The position numbers were made by a program, and so were the translations under genes. Shown here in pieces: positions 19,048 through 28,151 of a stretch of DNA of 64,000 nt (position 1 is its first letter; each line of letters opens with the position of its first letter). The notes beneath the pieces are model-generated. The model saw nothing but the letters and a program-made list of their open reading frames with translations. It was not told where the DNA came from and ran no database searches. Source of the DNA: Candidatus Latescibacterota bacterium (GTDB taxonomy: Bacteria > Latescibacterota > UBA2968 > UBA8231); assembly GCA_965223905.1 (NCBI GenBank), contig CBDCXV010000001.1, positions 416,001 through 480,000 of the forward strand, given 5' to 3'.

Positions 19048-20183
19048 TGCAGGGGTTCGAGTACGAGAGCGTAACCCGCCTGGTGTTCGGCACCGGGGCC
19101 CTGGCCAGGCTCGGCGGTCTGGCCGCAGAGCTCGGGGCCGGGCAGGTGCTGGTGGTCACCGACCCCGGCATCGCCGCCGCCGGCATCCTCGACAGGGCGA
19201 CCGAATCCCTCGCCGCGGCCGGATTGCAATACGCCGTCTTCGACGGGGTCGAGAAGAATCCTGGCAGCCGCCACGTCGAGACCGGGCGCCGCTTCGCCGA
19301 GGAGCTGCCGCGGCCGGCCGACTTCGTCGTCGCTCTTGGCGGCGGCAGCGCCATGGACTGCGCCAAGGGAATCAACTTCCTGCTGACCAACGGCGGCCGC
19401 ATCGAGGAGTACCGCGGCGACGGCAAGGCGAAAAAACCGCTGCTCCCGGCCATCGGCGTCCCGACTACCGCGGGGACCGGCAGCGAGGCCCAGCGCTTCG
19501 CCCTGATCGGGGAAGCGGAGAGCCGCATGAAGATGGCCATCGGCGACCGCACCGCCCGCTTCCGCGTCGCCCTGCTCGATCCCGAGCTGACCGCGACGGC
19601 TCCGCGAGAGGTGGCCGCGGCCGCGGCGGCCGACGCCATTTCGCACGCCGTGGAGAGCTTCGCCAGCGCCAACGGCAATGAGGTCTCGCGGATGTTCGCA
19701 GGCCGCGCGCTGCAGCTTCTGGCGGCCAACCTGCGCGAAAGCCTGCGCGCCGGCTCGGTCGCGGCGCGCGCCGGCATGCTGCTCGGAGCCCACTGGGCCG
19801 GGGCCGCCATCGAGAACTCGATGCTGGGGGCCGCCCACGCCTGCGCCAACCCCCTGACGGCCCGCTACGGGATCACCCACGGAGTGGCGGTCGGGGTGAT
19901 GCTGCCGCACGTGATCCGCTTCAACGGCGCCGCGGTCGACGGAAGCTACACCGAGCTTGCAAGAGCGGCCGGTCTGGAGGGGGCGGGGGCGGAGGCCCTG
20001 GCGGAGTGCGTGCGCTGCTGGAACGCCGAGGCGGACCTGCCTGAACGCCTGCGCGATCTCGACGTCGAAGCGGCCTCCCTGCCGGGCCTCGCGCGCGAGG
20101 CCGCGGCGCAGAGAACGGCGCGCTTCAATCCCCGGCCCGCTGGAGAGCGGGAGCTCGCGGGCCTGTACGAGGCGGCCTTCTGA
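19047..20183 (+). CDS. Iron-containing alcohol dehydrogenase
   Basis: GGGSAMDCAK, PTTAGTGSE, DAISHAVES, AAHACANPL and HG. Start overlaps the upstream stop (TGATG). Confidence 0.93.
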   Translation: MQGFEYESVTRLVFGTGALARLGGLAAELGAGQVLVVTDPGIAAAGILDRATESLAAAGLQYAVFDGVEKNPGSRHVETGRRFAEELPRPADFVVALGGGSAMDCAKGINFLLTNGGRIEEYRGDGKAKKPLLPAIGVPTTAGTGSEAQRFALIGEAESRMKMAIGDRTARFRVALLDPELTATAPREVAAAAAADAISHAVESFASANGNEVSRMFAGRALQLLAANLRESLRAGSVAARAGMLLGAHWAGAAIENSMLGAAHACANPLTARYGITHGVAVGVMLPHVIRFNGAAVDGSYTELARAAGLEGAGAEALAECVRCWNAEADLPERLRDLDVEAASLPGLAREAAAQRTARFNPRPAGERELAGLYEAAF

Positions 20184-21316
20184 TGCGGGCGCCTCACCTC
20201 CTGACCGTCCCGGTCCTGGTTGCGTGCACCGCGGCCGCGGCTTCATCCGACTGGCCGAGCTTCCGCGGCGGCCCGCGCCTGACCGGCGTCGCAGCCTCCC
20301 CCGTTGCCGGCGACCTGGAGCTTCTGTGGGCCCTGGATACCGCCGCCTACGGGGACAGCTCCGCCCAGGGGGGAAGCGCCGGAATCGAATCGACGGCGGC
20401 GATCAGCGGTGGAACGGTCTACGTCGGCACCCTCGGCGGCCGCCTTCTCGCCGTATCCCTTATCGACGGCCGCATCGAGTGGACCTACAAGGCGGCAGGC
20501 GAGGTGAAGTCGTCCCCCGCGGTCCACGGGGGCGCCGTCCTGTTCGGCGACGAGTCCGGAACCTTTCACGCCGTCGACCGGGCCAGCGGCGCCGCCCTCT
20601 GGACGTTCGCCGCGGAAGGGGCGATCACCTCTTCACCGAACCTGTCCGAGGGCCGCGTCCTTTTCGGCAGCTACGACAACCACCTTTACTGCCTGGCGCT
20701 CGAGGGCGGGGAACTGCTGTGGAAATTCGAGACCGGCGGCTTCGTGCACGCATCCCCCGCAGTGGCCGGCACCCTCGCCGTCGCCGGAGGCTGCGACGGG
20801 CAGCTGCGCTTCATCAGTATCCGCACCGGGGTCGAGACTGCGAACATCCACGCCGGCCAGTACATTGCAGCCAGCGCCGCGATCGCGGGGGATGCAGCCT
20901 TTGTCGGCACCTTCGACAACGAGGTGGTGGCCGTCGACCTGGGAACGGCCCGGTTCGCCTGGCGCTACGCACCGGAACGCCGGTTCCCGTTCTATTCCTC
21001 GGCGGCCGTGAGCCGCGGGACCGTCGTCGTCGGCGGGCGCGACAAGCAGGTGCACGCCCTCGACGCGGCGAGCGGAACCCCGCGCTGGACCTGGGCCGCG
21101 GGCGCCCGCGTCGACGCCTCTCCCGTCATCGCCGGCGGGCGCGTCTTCGCCGCCACCACCGCCGGCAAGGTGGTCGCCCTCGACCTCGCCGACGGCAGCG
21201 AGCGCTGGCAGTTCGACACCGGCGAATCGTTCACCGCCTCTCCTGCGGTGGCCGCAGGCAGGCTCGTCATCGGCTCGCAGGAGGGCATACTCTACTGCTT
21301 CGGAAAGTCAGGATGA
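20183..21316 (+). CDS. Secreted PQQ-like (BamB-like) beta-propeller repeat protein
   Basis: Signal peptide, WPSFRGG and about eight regular W.F...SSP.V..G.V..G..D blades. Confidence 0.88.
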   Translation: MRAPHLLTVPVLVACTAAAASSDWPSFRGGPRLTGVAASPVAGDLELLWALDTAAYGDSSAQGGSAGIESTAAISGGTVYVGTLGGRLLAVSLIDGRIEWTYKAAGEVKSSPAVHGGAVLFGDESGTFHAVDRASGAALWTFAAEGAITSSPNLSEGRVLFGSYDNHLYCLALEGGELLWKFETGGFVHASPAVAGTLAVAGGCDGQLRFISIRTGVETANIHAGQYIAASAAIAGDAAFVGTFDNEVVAVDLGTARFAWRYAPERRFPFYSSAAVSRGTVVVGGRDKQVHALDAASGTPRWTWAAGARVDASPVIAGGRVFAATTAGKVVALDLADGSERWQFDTGESFTASPAVAAGRLVIGSQEGILYCFGKSG

Positions 21317-22665
21317 CTACCCATCTCCCGGAACCGGCGACCACCCGGCTCGACGACCTGCTGACCGACACCGAGGTCGGCAGCGTTTTCGTCTCCAACT
21401 ACCCGCCGTACTCGTTCTGGAACGAGGACGACGTCGCCGGGGCCCGCGCCCTTCTCGACACCCCGGCGGCGCCGGGGGCCGTTCCCGATCTCGGCCTCTA
21501 CCTGCACGTGCCGTTCTGCCGCAAGCGCTGCAAGTTCTGCTACTTCCGCGTCTACGTAGACAAGAACGCCGCGCAGATCCGGCAGTACCTCGACTCGATG
21601 GCGCGGGAAGTGGAGCTCTACGCCGGCTCGCCCAGGATCGCCGGCCGCGAGCTGAGATTCGTCTACTTCGGCGGCGGCACTCCCAGCTACATAAGCGCGC
21701 GCCACCTGAAAGCGCTGGCGGCTCGCCTCAATGCTGCGCTGCCGTGGGACGCCGCCGCGGAAATCGCCTTCGAGTGCGAGCCGGGAACCCTGACCGAGGC
21801 CAAGCTGGGGGCGATCCGGGAGATCGGGGTGACCCGCCTGAGTCTCGGCATCGAGAACATGAACGACGCCATCCTGCGCGAGAACGGCCGCGCCCACACC
21901 ACCCGCGAGGTGTTCCGCGTGCAGCCCTGGGTCGCGGCGCAGGGGTTCGCACAGGTCAACGTCGACCTGATCGCCGGCATGGTCGGCGAGACCTGGGAGA
22001 CCTGGAAGGAAACCGTCGAGCGCACCGTCGATCTCGACGCCGACAGCATCACCGTCTACCAGATGGAGCTGCCGTTCAACACGGTGTACTCGCAGTCGAT
22101 TGCCGGGGGCGGACGCGAGGAGATGATCCTCGCCGACTGGCGGACCAAGCGGGAGTGGCACGCCTTCGCCTTCGACCGTTTCGAGGCTGCCGGGTACGAG
22201 CGCTCGAGCGCCTACACCGTCGTCAAGCAGGGGACGGAGCAGTCCTTCGTGTACCGCGACGCGCTCTGGCGCGGCAGCGACATGATCGGCGCCGGGGTCG
22301 CCTCCTTCTCCCACATGGGCGGCATCCACTACCAGAACGCCTCTTCCTGGGAGCAGTACCTCGGCGATCTGGGGGAGGACCGGCTGCCGCTGGCGCGGGC
22401 CTTCGCGACCAACGCCGAGGAGCGCCTGACGCGGGAGCTGATTCTGCAGCTCAAGCTCGGGCAGGTCAGCACCCGTTACTTCGAGGAGAAGCACGGAGTC
22501 GACATCCTCGATCGCTTCGCCGCCCCCCTCGAGGGCCTGCGCGACGAAGGGATGCTGACCTGGGACGGCACGACCGTCGCCCTCACCCGCACCGGCCTGC
22601 TGCGCGTCGACCAGCTGCTGCCTGCATTCTACGATTCGAGGTACCGCAATGCGCGCTACACCTGA
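21313..22665 (+). CDS. HemN-like (coproporphyrinogen III oxidase family) radical SAM enzyme
   Basis: LYLHVPFCRKRCKFCYF (CxxxCxxC), YFGGGTPS, RLSLGIE and NVDLIAG. Confidence 0.9.
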   Translation: MTTHLPEPATTRLDDLLTDTEVGSVFVSNYPPYSFWNEDDVAGARALLDTPAAPGAVPDLGLYLHVPFCRKRCKFCYFRVYVDKNAAQIRQYLDSMAREVELYAGSPRIAGRELRFVYFGGGTPSYISARHLKALAARLNAALPWDAAAEIAFECEPGTLTEAKLGAIREIGVTRLSLGIENMNDAILRENGRAHTTREVFRVQPWVAAQGFAQVNVDLIAGMVGETWETWKETVERTVDLDADSITVYQMELPFNTVYSQSIAGGGREEMILADWRTKREWHAFAFDRFEAAGYERSSAYTVVKQGTEQSFVYRDALWRGSDMIGAGVASFSHMGGIHYQNASSWEQYLGDLGEDRLPLARAFATNAEERLTRELILQLKLGQVSTRYFEEKHGVDILDRFAAPLEGLRDEGMLTWDGTTVALTRTGLLRVDQLLPAFYDSRYRNARYT

Positions 22666-24742
22666 GATCCGGGCCTGGGGGCGCCAGCTCCTGTTGCTGG
22701 CCGCCCTTGCCCCTGCTGCCGCCCTCGCCGACGAGCCGGAGAGCACCCCGGACCCGCCGGCCTACACCGCCGGCGAGGTGGTCGTCACCGGGTCGCGCTA
22801 CACCCTTCCGGAACGGGGCGGGATGGTGACCCGGTGGCCGATGGCGCTGCGCGACACCCCGGCCTCGGTCGCCGTGGTGCCGGGGGCTCTCGTCGCGGCG
22901 CAGCACGGCGAGGTTCTCGGCGACGCGCTGGCCAACGTCAGCGGCGTCAACGTGCAGAGCGGCTTCGGGGTCTCCGACTACTTCGTCGTGCGCGGCTTCG
23001 ACTCGCTGTCGAGCGGCATGGTCCTCTACGACGGCGCCGTCGAGCCGGAGGTCAGCTTCTACCCGATGTACAACGTCTCCCGCATCGAGGTCCTGAAAGG
23101 CCCGGGCGCCTTCCTGTACGGAGGCAAGCCGCTGTCCGGCGCGGTGAACCTCGTCCGCAGGAAACCGGTCTTCGCCGCCGGCCCGTTCGCCGTTCTCGGG
23201 GGCAGCTACGGCAGCCACGGCAGCTACCGGACGACCGCCGACGCCGGCTGGAGGCGGGGAGAGCGCGTGGCGCTGCGAGTCAACGCCATGGGGCGCGGCT
23301 CGGACAACTACCGCGACGACAAGGGGTACTCCGAGTGGGCCATCAACCCGGCCGCTGCGGTCCGCTTCGGCGACCGCGCCGTCATCGAGGCGAGCGCCGA
23401 GTACATCGCCAACGACTACAGCCCGGACTCCGGGCTGCCCCTGCTCGGCGAGGACCTGGCGCCGGTGCCGCGCACGCGCTCGTACCAGGCACCCGGCGAC
23501 TTCTCCGAGCAGGCGATTCTGCGCCTTAGGCTCGACGGCGAGCTCAAGCTGTCGGACCGCCTGACCCTGCGGGACAAGCTCTACTTCACCAACTTCGAGT
23601 GGCCCTCCGCCGGCACCCTGCTCAACGGCGTCCTTCCCGGCGAGGACGGCTCCCTGAGCGTGTTGCGCACGCGGCTGTCGCTCGACGACCGCCAGCGCTT
23701 CACCGGCAACCAGCTCGAGGCGGTCATGGCCGCCGGCAGGCACCGGCTGCTTGCCGGCCTCGAGGTCGCGCGGCTGACAGACGACTTCACCCTCGATGCG
23801 GTGCTGCTGCCAGTGATCGGTCTCCACCGTCCGGTCGAGCCGGGGGGGAGCGGGTTTCCGGTTCAGTCGCAGACCGCCGAGGCCCGCGCCACCGTCCTCG
23901 CCCCGTACGTCGCCGCCCAGTCGTCAATTACCGGGAGTCTCGAATCGATAGCAGGACTCCGCTTCGACCGCATCGGCTACGAAGAGGAGATCTCGGCGAG
24001 CGAGCGCAGTTACGGCAAGCTCAGTCCCTTCCTCGGCGCCACCTGGTCGGCGACGGAGGATCTGCGGCTGTACGCCAGCGCCGGCAGGGCCTTCGCACCT
24101 CCTTCCACCCAGATAACCGGCGAGCGCGAGGCCGAGGAGAGCAGGCAGCTCGAAGCCGGTGCGCGCCGGCAGTGGCTGCAGGGGAGGGTGCGGGCTTCGG
24201 CCGCCGCCTACCTGCTCGAGAAGGAGAACATCGCCATCCCGGACGGGACCGGGGTCGTGAAGGAGAACGGCGCCCAGCGCTCCCGGGGGATCGAGCTCGA
24301 GGTCGCCGCGCAGCCGTCCCGGCGCTGGTATATCCTCGCTGCCTACGCCTTCGCCGACGCCGAGCTGACGGCCTTCACCGAGCTCGTGCCGACATTCACC
24401 GGCGAGTACGTCTTCGCCGACCGGGCCGGCAACGTTCCCGCCTTCGCGCCGGCGCATATCCTGAACCTCTGGAGCTCGGCCCGCACCGTGCTCGGCATCG
24501 AGGCCGCCCTCGGCGCGCGCTACGTGAGCGAGCAGTACATCGCCCCGGACAACGGCTACCGGATCGATCCCGCTTTCACCGTCGACGCTGCCCTGGGGTA
24601 TCGCGCCGGGGGTGCGCGCATCCGCCTGCACCTGCGCAACCTGACCGGCGCCGAGTACGAGACCCGCGGCTTCGGCGGCGGCTCCGTCATTCCGGGGGAT
24701 CCGGCTTCCTTCTACTCGAGCCTGGAGTGGGCCATCCAGTGA
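22649..24742 (+). CDS. TonB-dependent receptor (siderophore receptor-like)
   Basis: EVVVTG TonB box, plug motifs VRGF and IEVLKGPGAFLYG...GAVNLV, SRGIELE and RNLT. Confidence 0.92.
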   Translation: MRATPEIRAWGRQLLLLAALAPAAALADEPESTPDPPAYTAGEVVVTGSRYTLPERGGMVTRWPMALRDTPASVAVVPGALVAAQHGEVLGDALANVSGVNVQSGFGVSDYFVVRGFDSLSSGMVLYDGAVEPEVSFYPMYNVSRIEVLKGPGAFLYGGKPLSGAVNLVRRKPVFAAGPFAVLGGSYGSHGSYRTTADAGWRRGERVALRVNAMGRGSDNYRDDKGYSEWAINPAAAVRFGDRAVIEASAEYIANDYSPDSGLPLLGEDLAPVPRTRSYQAPGDFSEQAILRLRLDGELKLSDRLTLRDKLYFTNFEWPSAGTLLNGVLPGEDGSLSVLRTRLSLDDRQRFTGNQLEAVMAAGRHRLLAGLEVARLTDDFTLDAVLLPVIGLHRPVEPGGSGFPVQSQTAEARATVLAPYVAAQSSITGSLESIAGLRFDRIGYEEEISASERSYGKLSPFLGATWSATEDLRLYASAGRAFAPPSTQITGEREAEESRQLEAGARRQWLQGRVRASAAAYLLEKENIAIPDGTGVVKENGAQRSRGIELEVAAQPSRRWYILAAYAFADAELTAFTELVPTFTGEYVFADRAGNVPAFAPAHILNLWSSARTVLGIEAALGARYVSEQYIAPDNGYRIDPAFTVDAALGYRAGGARIRLHLRNLTGAEYETRGFGGGSVIPGDPASFYSSLEWAIQ

Positions 24743-24764
24743 GAGCAGCGGCCCCGGCGGCAGG

Positions 24765-26030
24765 GTGCGGCGCGGGATAAGCGCCGGCCAGCTCGCCAGG
24801 CTCAGGGAGCTGCTCGGGCCGGTTCTGGAGCGGAACGGGTTCTACCGCCGCAAGCTGCGCGCCTCGGGGCTGGCAGAGGCCGGTGACGTGAGAACGACCT
24901 GGGACTACGCGCGGCTGCCGTTCACCACAAAGAGGGAGCTCTCGGTCGACCAGACCGCCCGACCTCCGTACGGCACCAATCTCACCTTCGACCGCGACCG
25001 CTACACCCGCCTGCACCTGACCTCGGGCACCACCGGCGAGCGCCTGCGATGGCTCGATACCGCCGAGAGCTGGGACTGGTGGGGCCGCTGCTGGGAAGAG
25101 GTGTACGCCGGCGCCGGGGTGCAGGGTAACGACCGCATTTTTTTCGCCTTTTCGTTCGGGCCCTTCATCGGCTTCTGGAGCGCCTGGGAAGGGGCCCGCC
25201 GCCTCGGGTCGCTGGCGATACCGGGCGGCGGCATGAGCTCCCAGCAGCGGATTGAGGCGATCGCCGCCAACGAGGCGACGGTGCTGGTCTGCACGCCTAC
25301 CTACGCCCTGCACCTGGCCGAGGTGGCGGGGGAACTCGGCGAGGACCTGCCTTCGGGCAGCGTCGCCATCACCATCCACGCCGGGGAACCGGGAGCCGGC
25401 CTGCCGGCCACCCGGGCCCGCATCGAGGCGGCTTGGGGTGCCCGCTGTTTCGACCACGCCGGCGCCACCGAGGTCGGCGCCTGGGGGTTCGAGTGCGGCG
25501 AACGGAGCGGGATGCACCTCAACGAGAAGGAGTTCATCTTCGAGGTGCTGGCCCCCGGCGGCAGCGACCCTGTCGCCGAAGGGGAGCTGGTCGTCACCAA
25601 TCTCGGCCGCGCCGGGATGCCGGTGATCCGCTACCGCACCGGAGACCTGGTGCGCCTCGCCGGGGACGGCCCCTGCAGGTGCGGCCGCCCGGGCAGACGG
25701 CTGCAGGGGGGCGTGATCGGCCGCCTCGACGACGCCCTGCTGATTCGCGGCACCAACGTCTACCCCAGCGCCATCGAGAACGTCGTGCGCCGCTTCCCGC
25801 AGGTGACGGAGTTCGCCGTCGACGTGCGCCGCCGGGGCGCCCTCGACGAGCTCGAGGTCCGGGTGGAGCTCGAAGCCGCGGACCCGGCCGGTCTCGAGTC
25901 GGAGCTGGCGCAGGCCCTGCACAGCGGCCTCGGCCTGCGCGCCGCGGTCGCCGTGGTTCCCGCAGGCACCCTGCCGCGCTTCGAGCTCAAGGCGCGGCGC
26001 GTCACCGATCACCGCGCGAACGATGGCTGA
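24765..26030 (+). CDS. Phenylacetate-CoA ligase (PaaK) family protein
   Basis: LPFTTK, TSGTTG, AGEPG, HAGATEVG, RYRTGD, GRLDD, RGTNVYPSAIE and KARR. The start is uncertain. Confidence 0.9.
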   Translation: MRRGISAGQLARLRELLGPVLERNGFYRRKLRASGLAEAGDVRTTWDYARLPFTTKRELSVDQTARPPYGTNLTFDRDRYTRLHLTSGTTGERLRWLDTAESWDWWGRCWEEVYAGAGVQGNDRIFFAFSFGPFIGFWSAWEGARRLGSLAIPGGGMSSQQRIEAIAANEATVLVCTPTYALHLAEVAGELGEDLPSGSVAITIHAGEPGAGLPATRARIEAAWGARCFDHAGATEVGAWGFECGERSGMHLNEKEFIFEVLAPGGSDPVAEGELVVTNLGRAGMPVIRYRTGDLVRLAGDGPCRCGRPGRRLQGGVIGRLDDALLIRGTNVYPSAIENVVRRFPQVTEFAVDVRRRGALDELEVRVELEAADPAGLESELAQALHSGLGLRAAVAVVPAGTLPRFELKARRVTDHRANDG

Positions 26031-27294
26031 TCCGGGCTACGACGTCGTCGTCGTCGGCGGGGGACCGGCCGGCGCCACCGTCGCTGCGCTGGTGGCGGAA
26101 AAAGGCCACCGCGTGCTCCTGCTCGAGCGCGAGGCCACCTCGCAGTTCCAGGTCGGCGAGTCGCTGATGCCGGGAACCTGGGCGACCTTCGCCCGCCTCG
26201 GCATGCTCGACCGGCTTCGGGCGAGCGCCTTCCCCAGGAAGTACAGCGTCCAGTTCTACGGCCGCTCGGGGCGCGCTTCGGCCCCCTTCTACTTCTTCGA
26301 AACCAACGACCACGAGAGCGCCGTCACCTGGCAGGTGCTGCGCAGCGAGTTCGACCGGCTGATGCTGGAGAACGCGCGCGAAAAAGGGGCCGAGGTGGAG
26401 GAAGGGGTGCCGGTGCGGGAGGTGGTTTTCGAGGGGCAGCGCGCCACCGGCGTAATCGCCGGGATGCCGGACGGAACCAGGAAGCAGATCCGCGGGCGCG
26501 TCGTCGTCGACGCCACCGGCCAGAGCGCCCTGGTCGCCCGGCGGCTCAAGCTGAAAAGCGACGAACCGGAGCTCAGGAAAGCCTCGATCTACACCCATTA
26601 CGAGGGGAGCGTCCGCGACGGGGGGATCGACGAAGGGGCCACCCTGATCCTGCATACCCGCAACCAGGACTCCTGGTTCTGGTACATCCCGTTGCCCGAG
26701 GATCGCGTCAGCGTCGGGGTGGTAGGCTCGCTCGACTACCTGCTGCGGGACCGCGCCGACGGCGGGGCGCAGCGGGTTTTCGACGCCGAGCTGGCGCTCT
26801 GCGAGCCGTTGCGGGAACGGCTGCGCCCGGCCCGCCAGCTGTTCCCCGTCAAGGTCACCAGGGACTTTTCCTACCGCGCCGACCGCATCTCCGGGGACGG
26901 CTGGGTGCTGGTTGGGGACGCCTTCGGCTTCATCGACCCGATCTACTCCTCCGGCCTCTTCTTCGCCCTGAAATCGGGAGAGATGGCGGCCGACGCCATC
27001 TGCGAGGGACTGGACCGCGGCGACCTGTCGGCGCAGCAGCTCGGCAAGTTCGGGCCCCGGTTCATCACCGGCATGGAGGCGGTGCGCAAGCTGGTCTATG
27101 CGTTCTACACCAGGGAATTCAGCTTCGCCGAGTTCCTGAAGCGCTACCCCGAGTGCAAGCAGGGGATCGTCGACATCCTCAGCGGCGACGTGTACAAAGA
27201 GGGAGTGCTCGACGTATTCGGGCCGATGTCGGAGATGATCGACCTCCCTGCGGACAAGGTCCTTATTAGGCGGAGCCTTTCGGATAGTTGCTGA
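26023..27294 (+). CDS. FAD-dependent oxidoreductase, flavin-dependent halogenase-like
   Basis: GGGPAG, VGESL, FPRKYS (Lys at the catalytic position), WFWYIP and VGDAFGFIDPIYSSG. Confidence 0.85.
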   Translation: MADPGYDVVVVGGGPAGATVAALVAEKGHRVLLLEREATSQFQVGESLMPGTWATFARLGMLDRLRASAFPRKYSVQFYGRSGRASAPFYFFETNDHESAVTWQVLRSEFDRLMLENAREKGAEVEEGVPVREVVFEGQRATGVIAGMPDGTRKQIRGRVVVDATGQSALVARRLKLKSDEPELRKASIYTHYEGSVRDGGIDEGATLILHTRNQDSWFWYIPLPEDRVSVGVVGSLDYLLRDRADGGAQRVFDAELALCEPLRERLRPARQLFPVKVTRDFSYRADRISGDGWVLVGDAFGFIDPIYSSGLFFALKSGEMAADAICEGLDRGDLSAQQLGKFGPRFITGMEAVRKLVYAFYTREFSFAEFLKRYPECKQGIVDILSGDVYKEGVLDVFGPMSEMIDLPADKVLIRRSLSDSC

Positions 27295-27317
27295 CCCGGT
27301 CGTCCAAGTTTGGCGTT

Positions 27318-27648
27318 TATGGCTTCAATATTTTCCTTACAGGGAACCATTGTGCTATTGGCACTGCCCGATCCCCACAGCAGCCGAGCCTAGGATTATT
27401 CCGATTTCCGAAATCGGAAGGGGTAGGGTAGGGCCAATGGACGGCTCCACGCAGCTGCTCCGGTTTGGAGGGATTTTGAGAAGCATTCTTTCGTAAAAAT
27501 CATTCAACTAGTTGCCCGTTCGCTTGGCGTACGTCTTACCAAAGCTGAATTAGCACAAATAGTACCTGTTACGGGTGCAGTAGTGGGGGCCGGTTTTAAT
27601 GCCTATTATACAGACAAGGCTTGTGACGCCGCTTTTTTTCTTGTATAG
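27318..27648 (+). pseudogene. Degraded EcsC-family gene fragment
   Basis: The frame from about 27466 reads WRDFEKHSFVKIIQLVARSLGVRLTKAELAQIVPVTGAVVGAGFNAYYTDKACDAAFFLV*, resembling EcsC C-termini. No start codon, lower GC. Confidence 0.6.
27399..27419. promoter_or_regulatory. Perfect 10-1-10 palindrome (operator-like)
   Basis: TTCCGATTTC-C-GAAATCGGAA. Confidence 0.5.
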
Positions 27649-27653
27649 CCGAT

Positions 27654-28151
27654 ATGGACAGACCACGCGTATATGTTGAGGCCACGATCCCCAGCTTCTA
27701 CCACGAAGAACGCACCGCCCCCGACATCGTGGCGCGCCGGGAGTGGACCCAGCGGTGGTGGGACGGTGGTGCGTTCGAGCGCTACGAGCTGGTCACCAGC
27801 CCAGCCGTGCTGGACGAGCTGGCAGGCGGAATACCGGAGCGCAGCGCCAAACGGCTGGCACTGGTTCGGGATCTACCGCTCCTTCCCGTCGAGTTGCCCA
27901 TCGCCGAGATAGTACAGGGATATATCCGGCACAAGCTGATGCCGGCTGATCCTGGTGGTGACGCGCTGCACTTGGCGCTTGCATCATATCACAAGTGCGA
28001 TTTTCTGGTAACCTGGAATTGCCGGCATCTTGCAAACGCGAACAAGTTCGCACACATCCGCCGTGTGAATGCCATGTTAGGTCTTTTCGTACCCGGGTTG
28101 GTGACACCCCTGGAACTACTTGGAGGTAGTGATGGAGCAGAACCTGAGTGA
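27654..28151 (+). CDS. PIN domain protein (VapC-like toxin)
   Basis: VYVEATIPS, S.AVLDEL, DALHLALA, DFLVTWNCRHLAN and TPLEL. Confidence 0.87.
   Translation: MDRPRVYVEATIPSFYHEERTAPDIVARREWTQRWWDGGAFERYELVTSPAVLDELAGGIPERSAKRLALVRDLPLLPVELPIAEIVQGYIRHKLMPADPGGDALHLALASYHKCDFLVTWNCRHLANANKFAHIRRVNAMLGLFVPGLVTPLELLGGSDGAEPE

Noticed and set aside
12785-21316. Calling the propellers PQQ-dependent dehydrogenases or bamB
   Set aside because: No vicinal Cys-Cys motif, no pqq genes and no bam context. Only the repeat fold is supported.
24740-24780. Very short reading frame at the TonB/PaaK junction as a RiPP precursor for the radical SAM enzyme
   Set aside because: No convincing start or ribosome-binding site and no SPASM or RRE domain nearby. 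More likely a chance frame or a frameshifted N-terminus of the PaaK-like gene.
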